Below, in pieces: positions 1 through 25,018 of a DNA stretch of 64,000 bases. The DNA is from the human T2T-CHM13v2.0 reference genome, Homo sapiens. The notes under the pieces are model-generated. The model ran no database searches and was not told the DNA's origin. It saw nothing but the letters and a program-made list of their open reading frames with translations. The stretch lies in the NCBI RefSeq assembly GCF_009914755.1, contig NC_060939.1, one strand, 5' to 3'. Each line of letters begins with the position of its first letter. Positions within the stretch are counted from its first letter, which is position 1. The translations under genes were made by a program, and so were the position numbers.

Positions 1-677
1 CTCCAGGCTTTGACTAAACAGCGTCGGAAGGTGTCAGCCAGAATTTCAAGTTCGGACAAGGGCACAGAGAGGCCAGCGGGCTCCCTTGCACATCAGCCGG
101 GGTGCGCAATGAGCGCAGGTCTATCCAGGAGGCCGACAAAGAGAGCAAGAGGTCTGCGTTACGCTGCCAGGCACTCCATGGTGGCAGCTGGGAGGCTGCA
201 GGGGCACGGGCGGGCCAGAAACGGTGGCGCGGAGGCACAGAGGAGGCGCACCGCCATAGGGGTGTCAGGCCTGGACGCTGCGTGAGCCCGGTGTTTCGCG
301 GGACAAGGGTCTCCACCCTGCCAGGGGAGGACGCATTTTCTGGAGGTGGGGGGGTGTGGGGAGGTGTTGGTCAGGCGGGGGTGGGGTGGTTGAAAGGCAT
401 GAGAGCTCTGCCCGGGCTGCTCCCACGTGCGCATTATGCGGTCCACCTGCTGGTACCTGGGCCGGCTCTGGGATCCCCGGGATGCCCAGGAAAGAATGGC
501 AGTTCTCCGCTGTGTGGAGTCTCTCACCGGGCCAAGACCTGGAAGGCAGGAATCCCAGGCCGGTCAGCCTGGTTGAGGGGGCGGGGGATGACATGCCCCT
601 CCATAGCCAGCCAGGTGTTCCCCGTGAAAGAGAGGTCACTGCCCTGCCCCAACCCGACCCTGTCCCAACCCCGCGTC

Positions 678-2114
<1,437 letters not shown>

Positions 2115-2716
2115 CCCTCGGACAGCCCGCACCACCACAGAAGGGTCCCAGGGCGTCAAGGCCTGCGGCGGGGGGTGGGGTGGGGGTGAGGGCATGGTGA
2201 TGGCGGTGGTGGGGCGGGAGTCACAAAGAGGATGGGGGCGAGGGGGAAGGGGTGGGGGGCGCGTTTCAGGGGCTGGCTCTCCGCACCTCTGCAGGAATCC
2301 CGCGGGAACTGGACGCCGCTCTCTGGGCTCCCATTCGTCTTCAGCAGGGAGAAACCGGCCTGGGAGGGTGGAGGGGAGTGTGGAACTGAACTTCCGTGGG
2401 AGTCTGGAGTGTTCCAGGCCCTCTCTCCGTGAAGGAGGCAATGTCTGTGTGTGTCGCCATTGCCGGGACAGTCTCACACGCGTAGGCGGGTGGCTCTCGT
2501 TCATTTCCATGTAGGAGACCATAGTGAGACCCCAGAGAGAAGATGCCTCCCAGGCGTGATGGCCTGACAATGGATTCCCGTGTGTGGCAACATCGGGAGA
2601 CTTCAGTGTGACCGGTGTGGAACCTGGCAAGGAGAGCAAAGGGACGATGCAGGTCTTCCACCCTTCCATGCATGTTTCCCGGTGACCGCAGAGCTCCGGG
2701 AGTAAACAGTCAGCAT

Positions 2717-5700
2717 GACACATCTCTGAACTGATCAAAAAAGTGATGTAACACTTGTCTAGGCTCTGCCTACAGGGGCTTTGTGACATATCTCTGCACT
2801 GATCACTCAGGTGATGGGACTTTTGTCTAGGCTCTGCCTATGGGGGCATTGTGACATATCTCTACACTGATCACCCAGGTGATGTAACTCTTTTCTAGGC
2901 TCTGCCTACAGAGGTCGTTGTGACATCACTCTGCACTGATCACCCGGGTTATGTAACACTTGTCTAGGCTCTGCCTATGGGGGCATTGTGACTTTTCTCT
3001 GCACTGATCACCCAGGAGATGTGACTCTTGTCTAAGCACTGCCTAGAGAGACATTGGGACATGTCTCTGCACTGATCGCTGAGGTGATGTAAAACTTGTC
3101 TAGGCTTTGCCTTCGATGAGATTTATGACATATCTCTGCACTGATCACCCAGGTGATGTCACTCTTGTCTAGGCTCTGCTTACAGGGGTTATTTTGAGAT
3201 ATCTCTGCACTGATCACCCAGGTGATGTAACTCTTGTCTAGCCTCTGCCTACAGGGGCATTTAAACATATCACTGCACTGATCACCGAGATGATGTAACT
3301 CTTGTATAGGTTTCACAGACTGGGGGCATTGAGACATATCTCTGCACTGATCACCGAGGTGATGCAATTCTCATCTGGGATCTGCTTACAGGGGGCATTG
3401 TGATGTATCTCTGCTCTGATTACCCAGGTGATGTAACCGTAGTCTAGGCTCTGCCAAAAGGGAGCATTGTGACATAACTCTGCACTGATCACCCAGGTGA
3501 TGGGACTCTTGTCTAGGCTCTGCCTACAGGGGCATTGTGACATATCTCTGCAGTGATCACCCAGGTGATGTAACTCTTCTCTATATCTGCCTACTGGCGG
3601 CATTGTGGCATATTTCTGCACTGATCACCCAGGTGATGGACTCTTGCCTTAGTTCTGCCTATGGGGGCATAGTGACATATCTCTGCACGATCACTCATGT
3701 GATGTAATGTTTGTCTAAGCTGCGCCTAAAGGGGATTTTGACAGATATCTCCACTGATCACCCAGGTGGTGTAACAATTTTCTGGGATTTGTCTACAGGG
3801 GGCTTTCTGACATATCTTTGCACTGATTACCCAGGAGATGTAACCTTTGTCTAGGCTCGGCCTACAGGGACTTTCTGACATATTTCTGTACTGATCACCC
3901 AGGAGATGTAACTCTTGTCTAGGCTCCACCTACAGGGGGTATTGTGACGTATCTCTGCAGTGATCACCCAGGTGATGTAACATTTGTCTAGGCTCTGCCT
4001 ACAGGGTCGTTTTGACATAGCTCTTCCCAGATCACCTAGGTTATGTAACTCTTCTCCACTCTCTGCCTACAGGGACATTGTGAAATATCTCTGCACTGAT
4101 CACGCAGGTAATGGGACCCTTCTCTGTACTATGCATAGAGGGAGTTTGTGACATATTTCTGCACTGATCACCCAGGTGATGGAAGTCTTGTCTAGGCTCT
4201 GTCTATGGGGGCATTGTGTCAAATATCTGCACTGATCACCCAGGTGATGTAACTCTTTTCTAGGCTCTGTCTACAGGGATTTTTGTGACATATCACTGCA
4301 CTGTTCTCCTAGGTGATGTTAGGATTGTATGTGCTTTGCCTACAGAAGGCTTTGTGACATATCTATGCACTGATGATCCAAGTGATGTAACACTTGTCTA
4401 GGATCTGCCTAAAGGGACTTTGTGACATAATTCTGCACTGATCATCCAGGTGATGGGGCTTTTGTCTAGGCTCTGCCTAATGGGGCAGTGTGACATATTT
4501 CTGCACTGATCACCCAGGTGACAGATTCTTGTCTTGGATCTGCCCATGGGGGCATCGTGACATATCTCTGCACTGATCACCCAGGTGATGTAAATATTGT
4601 CTACGCTTTGCCTACAGGGGGCTTTGTGACATACCTTTGCACTGATCACCCAGGTGATGTAGCTCATCTAAGTTCTGCTTACAGGAGCTTTGTGGCATAT
4701 CTCTGCACTGATCACTTAGGGGATGTAACACTTTTATGAACACTGCCTACAGGGAATTTTGACAAATATTTGCACTGATCACCTAGGTGATGTAACTCTT
4801 GTCTACCCTCTGCCCAAAGGGGCATTGTGAAATATCTCTGCACTGATCACCCAGGTGATTCAACTCTTGTCCAGGTTCTGCCTACAGGGGGTATTGTGAA
4901 ATATCTCTGCACTGATCAACTAGGTGATGTAACTCTTGTCTAGGCTCTGCCTAAAGGGGTTGTTCTCACATATCCCTGAACTGATGACAAAGGTGACGTA
5001 ACTCTTGCCTAAGCTTTGCCTACAGGGGACATTGTGACATATCTCTGCACTGATCACCCAGGTGATGCAACTCTTGTCTATGCTCTGCCTACAGGGGGCA
5101 TTGTGACATATCTCTGCACTGATAACCCAGGTGATGCTACTCTTCTCTATGCTCTGCCTACAGGGGGCATTGTGACATATCTCTACACTGATCACCCAGG
5201 TGAAGTAACTCTTTTCTAGGCTCTGCCTACAGAGGGCGTTGTGACATCACTCTGCACGAATCACCCGGGTTATGTAACTCTTGTCTAGGCTCTGCATACG
5301 GGGGCATGGTGACTTATCTCTGCACTGATCACCCAGGAGATGTGACTCTTATCTAAGCTCTGCCTAGAGTGATATTGGGACATAAAGGTGCACTGATCGC
5401 TGAGGTGATGCAAAACTTGTCTAGCCTTTGCCTACAGTGGGATTTATGACATATCTCTGCACTGATCACCTAGGTGATGTAACTCTTGTCTAGGCTCTGC
5501 CTATAGGGGGCTTGTGTCATATGTCTACATTGATCTCCCAGGAGATATAACACTTTTCTAGGATCTGCCTACAGGGTGCTTTGTGAAATATCCCTGCAAT
5601 GGTCATCCAGGTGATATACCACTTGTCAAGGCTCAGCCTACAGGGGCATTGTGATGTATCTCTGCACTGATCACCTAGGTCATGTAACTCTTGTCTAGGC

Positions 5701-7624
5701 TCTGCCTACAGTGGCATTGTGACATACCTCTACACTGATCACCCAGGTGATGTAACTCTTTTCTAGGATCTGCCTACAGGGTGCTTTGTGACATATCCCT
5801 GGAATGAACACCCAGGTGATGTAATACTTGTCAAGGCTCTGCCTACAGGGACATTGCGATGTATCTCTGCAATGATCACCTAGGTCATGCAACTCTGGTC
5901 TATGCTCTGCCTACAGTGGCATTGTGACTTATTTCTGCACTGATCATCGAAGTGACGTAACACTTGTCTAGGATCTGCCTAAAGGGACTTTGTGACATAA
6001 CTCTGCAGTGATCATCCAGGTGATGAAGCTTTTGTCTAGGCTCTGCCTAAGGGTGCATTGTGACATATTTCTGCACTGATCACCCAGGTGACGGACTCTT
6101 GTCTTGGATCTGCCTATGGGGGCACTGTAACATATCTCTGCACTGATCAACCAGGTGATGTAACTCTTGTCTAGGCTCTGCCTACAGGGGCATTTTAACA
6201 TATCACTGCACTGATCACCGAGATGATGTAACTCTTGTATAGGCTTCGCCGACAGTGCGCATTGAGACATATCTCTGCACTGATCACCGAGGTGATGCAA
6301 CTCTTCTCAGGGATCTGCTTACAGGGGGTATTGTGAAATATCTCTGCCCTGATCACCCAGGTGATGTTACTCTTGTCTATGTTCTGCTTGCTGGAGACAT
6401 TGTGACATATATCTGCACTGATCACCCAGATGATGACACTTTTGTCAAAGATATGGCTACAGGCACATTGTGACATGTCACTGCACTGATCACACAGCTG
6501 ATGTAACCCTTGTCTAGGCTCTAGCTACAGGGGGCTTCTGACACATCTCTGCACTGATCACCCAGGTGATGTAACCCTTGTCTAGCCTCTGCCAAAAGGG
6601 GACATTGTGACATAACTCTGCACTGATCACCTTGGTGATGGGACTCTTGTCTAGGCTCTGCCTACAGGGGCATTGTGACATATCTCTGCAGTGATCACGC
6701 AGGTGATGTAACTCTTTTCTATATCTGCCTACTGGTGGCATTGTGGCATATTTCTGCACTGATCACCCAGGTGATGGACTCTTGTCTTGGATCTGCCTAT
6801 GGGGGCATAGTGACATATCTCTGCACTGATCACTCATGTGATGTAACACTTGTCTAAGCTGCGCCTAAATGGGAATTGTGACAGATATCTCCACTGATCA
6901 CCCAGGTGATTTAACAATTTTCTGGGATTTGTCTACAGGGGGCTTTGTGACATATATTTGCACTGATGACCCAGGAGATGTAACTCTTGTCTAGGCTCGG
7001 CCTACAGGGTCTTTGTGACATATTTCTGCACTGATCACCCAGGAGATGTAACCGTTGTTTAGGCTCAGCCTACAGGGGCTTTGTGATATATTTCTGTACT
7101 GATCACCCAGGTGAAGTAACTCTTCTCTAGGCTCCACCTACAGGGGGTATTTTGACGTATCTCTGCACTGATCACCCAGGTGATGTAACATTTATCTAGG
7201 CTCTTCCTACAGGGGCGTTTTGACGTAGCTCTGCACAGATCACCAGGGTTATGTAACTCTTCTTCCCTCTCTGCCTACAAGGGGCATTGTGAAATATATC
7301 TGCACTGATCACCCAGGTGATGGGTCTCTTCTCTATACTCTGCCTAGAGGGGTATTTGTGACATATCTCTGCACTGATCACCCAGGTGATGGAATTCTTG
7401 TCTAGGTTCAGCCTACTGGGGATTTCTGACATACTTATGCACTGATCACCGAGGTAATGTAAATCATTTCCAGGCTTTTTGTACAGGGTACATTGTGGTA
7501 TGTCTCTGCACTGATCACCCAAATGATGCAAATCATCTCTAGGCTCCACAGGGAGGGGGTATTGTGACATATTTCTGAACTGATCATCCAGGAGATGTAA
7601 CTATTCTCCAGGCTTTGACTAAAG
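2717..7624 (-). repeat. Beta satellite (68-bp Sau3A/BSR) block 1
   Basis: Tandem ~68-bp monomers CACTGATCACCCAGGTGATGTAACTCTTGTCTAGGCTCTGCCTACAGGGGGCATTGTGACATATCTCTG. Confidence 0.97.
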
Positions 7625-11630
<4,006 letters not shown>

Positions 11631-12237
11631 ATGCTGACTGTTTGCTCCGGGATCTCTGCGGGCACCCGGATATATGCAGGGAAGGGTGGAAGACCAGCAT
11701 GGTGCCTTCGCTCTCCTTGCCAGTTTCCAAACCGGCCACACTGCAGACTCCCCATGTTGCCGCACACGGGAATCCATTATCAGGCCATCACGCCGGGATG
11801 GCATCTTCTCTCGGGTCTCGCTCTGCTCTCCTACATGGAAATGAATGAGAGCCACACGCTTGCATGTGTGAGACTGTCCCGGCAACGGCGACACCCACAG
11901 GCACTGCCCCCTTCACGGAAAGAGGGCCTGTAACACTCCAGATTCCCACGGAGGTTCAGTTCCACACTCCCCTCCACCATCCCAGGGTGGTTTCTCCCTG
12001 CTGAAGACGCGTAGGAGCCCAGAGAGCGGCTTCCATTTCCCGCGAGATTCCTGGAGAGGTCTGGAGAGCCAGCCACCAAAACGCACCCCCCTCGCCGCTT
12101 CCCCCTAGCCCCCTTCCTCTTCGTCTTTCTGACCCCACCACCGCCATCACCACGCACTCACCCCCCACCCTACCACCCTTCAGCTGCAGGCCTCGATGCC
12201 CTGGGACCCTTCCGGGCTGGGGTGGGCTGTCCCAAGT

Positions 12238-13696
<1,459 letters not shown>

Positions 13697-14287
13697 GACG
13701 CAGAGTTTGGAAGGGGTCGGGTCGTGGTAGGGCGGTGGCCTCCCTTTCACGGGGAACAGCTGGCTGGCTACAGCGGGGCATGCCTTCCCCCCGCACCCTC
13801 CACCGCGCTGACCGGCCTGGGATTCTTGCCTTCTAGGTCTAGGCCCGGTGAGAGGCTCCACACAGCGGAGAACTGAAATTTTTTCCTGGGCATCGCGGGG
13901 ATCCCAGAGCCGGCCCAGGTACCAGCAGGTGGGCCGCCTACTACACATGCGTGGGTTTTTGGGCAGCCGCCTGGGCTGTGGGAGGAGCCCAGGCAGAGCT
14001 CTCATGCCTTTCTACCACCCCACCCCCGCCTGACCACCCCCTTCCCAACCTTACCCCCAACCCCCGGAAAATGCATCCTCCCCTGGGCTGAGTGGAGACC
14101 CCTGTCCCGCGAAACACCGGGCCCGCGCAGCGTCCAGGCCTGACACCCCTCCGGCGGCTCGCCTCCTCTGCGCCTCCGCGACACCATCGCCGTCCCGCCC
14201 GTGCCCCTGCAGCCTCCCAGCTGCCACCATGGAGCGCCTGGAGGCGGAACGCAGACCTCTAGCTCTCTTTTCCGGCCTCCTGGCTAG

Positions 14288-14480
14288 ACATGTGCTCATT
14301 GCGCACACCGGCTGACGTGCAAGGGAGCCCGCTGTCCTCTCTGTGCCCTTGTCCGTCCGTGAAATTCCGGTTGAGGCTCTCCCAACACCTTCCGAAGCTC
14401 TTTAGGCAAATCCTGGCGAATATTTACATCTCTTGGATGATCGGTTCAGAAATATGTCACAATGCCCCCTCCCTGAGGAG
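14288..14480 (+). other. pLAM-like DUX4 exon 3 homologue without poly(A) signal (representative; exon-3 homologue present in all nine units)
   Basis: Matches recalled DUX4 exon 3 (...CCGGCTGACGTGCAAGGGAG...CCTTCCGA...TTACATCTC...GTTCAGA) but GTCACA at 14456-14461 replaces ATTAAA. Confidence 0.85.
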
Positions 14481-16852
14481 CCTAGAGAAGATTTGCATCA
14501 TTTGGGTGATCAGTGCAGAGATATATCACAATGTCCCCTGTACAAAAAGCCTGGAAATGATTTACATCACCTCAGTGATCAGTCCATAGGTATGTTAGAA
14601 ATCTCCAGTAGGTTGAAACTAGACAAGGGTTACATCACTTAGGTGATCAGTGTAGAGATATGTGAAAATTCCCGTGTAGACAGAGCCTAGACAAGTGTTA
14701 CATATCCTAGTAATCAGTGCAGGGAGATGTCATAAAACCTCCTGTAGGCGGAATGTAGACACCTGTTTCCTCCCTGGGGAGATCAGTGCAGAGATACGTC
14801 ACAAAGGCCCTGTAAGCAGAACCTTGACAAGTGTTACATCACCTGTTTGACCAGTGGAAATGTATATCAGAAAGCCCCCTGTAGGCAAAGCCCAGACGAT
14901 TGTTACATCACCTGGGTGAGCAGTGGAGAGATCTGTCACAATTCCCCTGTAGGCAGAGCTTTGACAAGGGTTACATCACCTAATTGATCAGTGCAGAGAT
15001 ATGTCAAAACGCTCCCGTAGGCTGAACATAGACAGGAGTTACATCAACTGGGTAATCAATGCAGAGATATGTGAGAATTCCCATGTAGGCAGAGCCTAGA
15101 CAAGAGTTACATGACCTACGTGATCAGTGCAGAGACATATCACAATATCCCTGTAGGCAGAGCCTTGACAATTGGTACATCACCTGGGTGATCATTGCAG
15201 GGATATGTCACAAAGCAACCTGTAGGCAGATCCTAGAAAAGAGTTACATCACCTGGGTGATCAGTGCACAGATATGTCACAATGCCACTGTAGGCAGAGC
15301 CTAGAAAAGGGTTACATGACCTAGGTGATCAGTGCACAGATACATCGCAATTACCCCGTAGGCAGAGCCTTGACAAGTGGTATATCACCTGGGTGATCAC
15401 TGCAGGGACATGTCACAAAGCACCCTGTAGTCAGATCCTAGAGAAGAGTTATATCACCTGGGTGATCATTGCAGAGATATGTCACAAGCCCCCTGAAGGC
15501 AGAGCCTTGACAAGTGTTATATCACCTTGGTGATCAGTGCAGTCATATGTCACATTGCCGTGTAGCCAGAGCATAGAATAAAGCAATAGCACCTGGGAGT
15601 TCAGTGCAGAGATATGTCACAATGTCCCCAGTGGGCAGAGACCAGGCAAGAGTTGGATCACCTCGGGATCAGTGCAGAGATATATCTCAATCCCCCTGTG
15701 GACACAGCCTAGACAAGAGTTACCTCACCTCGGTTAACAGTGCAGAGATATGTCAAAATGCCCCTGTAGGCAAAGCCTACACAAGTATTACATCACTTAG
15801 GTGATCAGTGCATAGATATGTCACAATAACCCCTGTAAACAGAGCCTAGACAAGAGTAACATCACGTAGGTGATCAGTGCAGAGATATGTGACAAGACCC
15901 CATTCAACAGAGTCTAGACAATAGTTACGTAACCTGAGTGATCAATGCAGAGATCTGTCACAATGCCCTTTAGGCAGACCTTAGACCAGAGTGACAACAC
16001 CTGGGTGATCAGTGCAGAGATATGTCACAATGCGCCCATAGGCAAATCCAAGACAAAAGTCCGTCACCTGTGTGATCAGTTCAGAAATATGTGAGAATGC
16101 CCCCAGTAGGCAGAGCCTAGAGAACAGTCCCTTCACCTGGGTGATCAGTGCAGATATATTTCACAATGCCCCTGCAGGCAGAGTGTAAGCAAGAGTTACA
16201 TCACCTAGATGATCAGTGCAGAGATATGTCACAAGGCTCCCTATAGTCAAAGCCTGGACAAGAGTTACACCACCTGGGTGATCAGTGCAGAGATATGTCA
16301 CAATGCCACTGTAGGCAGAGCCTAAACAAGAGTTACATGACCTAGGTGATCAGTGCAGAGATACATCACAATGCCCCTGTAGGCAGAGCCTTGACAAGTG
16401 GTATATCACCTGGGTGATCATTGCAGGGATATATCACAAAACACCCTGTAGTCAGATTCTAGGGAAGAGGTATATCACCTCGGTGATCAATGCAGTGATA
16501 TGTCACTATGCCCCGTAGGCAGAGCCTTGTCAAGCGTTACATCACCTGGGTGATCAGTGCAGAGATATGTCATAATGCCACCATACACAGAGCCTAGACA
16601 ACAGTCCCATCACCTGGGTGATCAGTGAAGAAATATGTCACAATGCCCGCGTAGGCAGATTCAACACAAGAGTTACATCACCTGGGTGATCAGTGTAAGG
16701 ATATGTCACAATGCCCCCATAGGCAGGGCCTAAACAAAAGTCCCATCAGCTGGGTGATCAGTGCAGAGATATGAGAGATATATCACAAAGCCCCTGTAGG
16801 CAGACCCTAGACAAGTGTTATATCACTTTGTTTATCAGTTCAGAGTTGTGTC
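14400..16852 (+). repeat. Beta satellite block 3
   Basis: 68-bp monomers, + orientation. Confidence 0.96.
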
Positions 16853-19617
<2,765 letters not shown>

Positions 19618-21883
19618 CTTTAGTCAAAGCCTGGAGAATAGTTACATCTCCTGGATGATCCGTTCAGAAATATGTCACAATGCCCCTTCCCTGCAGAGCG
19701 TAGAGAAGATTTGCATCATTTGGGTGATCAGTGCAGAGATTTATCACAATGTCCCCTGTACAAAAAGCCTGGAAATGATTTACATCACCTTGGTGATCAG
19801 TGCATAGGTATGTCAAAAATCCCTAGTAGGCTGAACCTAGACAAGGGTTACATCACTTAGGTGATCAATGTAGAGATATGTGAAAATTCCCATGCAGACA
19901 GAGCCTAGACAGGTGTTACATCACCTAGGGATCAGTGCAGGGATAAGTCATAAAGCCTCCTGTAGGCAGAGTGTAGACAACTGTTTCCTCCCTGTGGTGA
20001 TCAGTGCAGAGATATGTCACAAAGCCCCTATAAGCAGAACTTTGACAAGGGTTACATCACGTGTTTGATCAGTGGAAATGTATATCACAAAGACCCCTGT
20101 AGGCAAAGCCCAGACCAGAGTTACATCACCTGGGTGAGCAGTGGAGAGATATGTCACAATGCCCCTGTAGGCAGAGCTTAGACAAGGGTTACATCACCTG
20201 GGTGATCAGTGCAGACATATGTCAAAACGCTCCTGTAGGCTGAACATAGACAGGAGTTACATCACCCAGGTGATCAGTGCAGAGATATCTGAGAATTCCC
20301 GTGTAGGCAGAGCCTAGACAAGTGTTATATCACCTAGGTTATCAGTGCAGGTATAAGTCATAAAGCCTCTTGTAGGCAGAGCATAGACCAGAGTTCCCTC
20401 CCCAGGGTGATCAGTGCAGAGATGTGTCACAAAGCCCCTGTAGGCAGAGCCTAGACAAGAGTTTCATCACTTGGTTGATCAGTTCAGAGTTGTGTCACAG
20501 TGTCCATGTAGGCAGATCTAAGACAAGTGTCCATAACATGGGTGATCTGAGCAGAGATATGTACCAATGTCCCCAGCAGGCAGTGCCTAGACAAGAGTTG
20601 CATCACCTCAGAGATCAGTGCATAGATATGTCACAAAGCCTTCTATAGGCAAAGCTCATACAAGGCTTACATCACCTAGGTGATCAGTGCAGTGATATGT
20701 CACAAAAATCCCTGTAGACAGAGCCTAGAATATAGTTGCATCACCTGGGTGATCAGTGCAGATATTTGACACAATGTCCCCATAGACAGAGCCTAGACAA
20801 GACTTCCATCACCTGGGTGATCAGTGCAGAGATATTTCACAATGCCCCCTGTAGGCAGAGAGTGGAAAAGAGTTAGATAACCTAGTTGATCTTTGCAGAA
20901 CTATGTCAAAACGCCCCTATAGGCAGAGCCTAGATAAATATTACATCACCTGGGTGATCAGTGCAGAGATACGTCACAATACCCTCTGTAGGTGGAGCCT
21001 AGACAAGAGTTACATCACCTGGGTGATCAGTGCAGAGATATGTCACAAAGCCCCTTTAGGTGGAGCCTAGACAAGAGTTACATCACCTGGGTGATCAGTG
21101 CAGAAATATGTCACAAAGCCCCTGTAGGCCGAGGCTAGAAAAGAGTTACATCACGTGGGTTATCAGTGCAGAGATATCTCACAATATCCCCTGTAAGCAG
21201 AGTCTAGACAAGAGTTACATCACGTGGGTGATCAGTGTAGAGATGTGTCATAAATCCCACTGTACGCAAACCCTAGACAAGTTTTACATCACCTCAGCGA
21301 TCAGTGCAGAGATATGTCCCAGTGTCCCTCTTGGCAGAGCTTAGACAAGAGTCACATCTCCTGGGTGATCAGTGCAGAGGTAAGTCATAATGCCCCCATA
21401 GGCAGGCCTAGACAAGAGTTATATAACCCGGGTGATCATCAGTGCAGAGATATGTCACGATGCCCCCATAGGCAGATCCAAGACAAGAGTCCATCACCTG
21501 GGTGATCACTGCCGAAATATGCCACAATGCCGCCATTGGGCAGATATAGAGAAGAGTTACATCACCTCCGTGATCACTGCAGAGATATGTCACAATGCCC
21601 CTGTAGGCAGAGCCTAGAGAAGTGTCCCATCACCTGGGTGATCAGTGCAGAGTTATGTCACAATGCCTCCTTTTGGCAGAGCCTAGACAAGGGTTACATC
21701 ACCTGGGTGATCAGTGCAGAGATGTGCCACAAGCCCCCTGTAGCCAGAGCCTAGACAAGTGTTACATCAGCTGTGTGATCAGTGCAGTGACATGTCACAA
21801 TGCCCCTGTAGCCATATTCTTGACAAAAGAGACATCACCTGGGTGATCAGTGCGCAGATATGTCACAATGTCTTCAGTAGGCA
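19618..21883 (+). repeat. Beta satellite block 4a
   Basis: 68-bp monomers, + orientation up to the orientation switch at ~21883. Confidence 0.95.
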
Positions 21884-22271
21884 CTGATCACCCCAGGGAG
21901 AAAACACTTTTCTACCCTCTGCCTACAGGAGGCTTTATGACTGAATCCCTGCACTAATCACTACGTGATGTAACACTTGTCTAGGCTCTGTCTACACGGG
22001 AATTTTCACAGATCTCTACACTGATCACCTAAGTGATGTAACCCTTGTCTAGGGTCAGCCTACTGGGGATTTCTGACACACGTATGCACTGATCACCGAG
22101 GTGACATAAATCATTTCCAGGCTTTTTTTTGCAGGTGACATTGTGAAATATCTCTGCATTGACCACCCAAATGATGCAAATCTCCTCTGAGCTCCGCAGG
22201 GAGGGGCATTGTGACATATTTCTGAACTGATCATCCAGGAGATGTAACTATTCTGCAGGCTGTGACTAAAG
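21884..22271 (-). repeat. Beta satellite block 4b (pLAM-adjacent monomers of unit E)
   Basis: Orientation returns to CACTGATCACC on + strand. Confidence 0.93.

Positions 22272-25018
<2,747 letters not shown>

Noticed and set aside
2717-7624. CRISPR-like regular array
   Set aside because: Whole monomers are homologous, with no unique spacers and no cas genes; eukaryotic satellite
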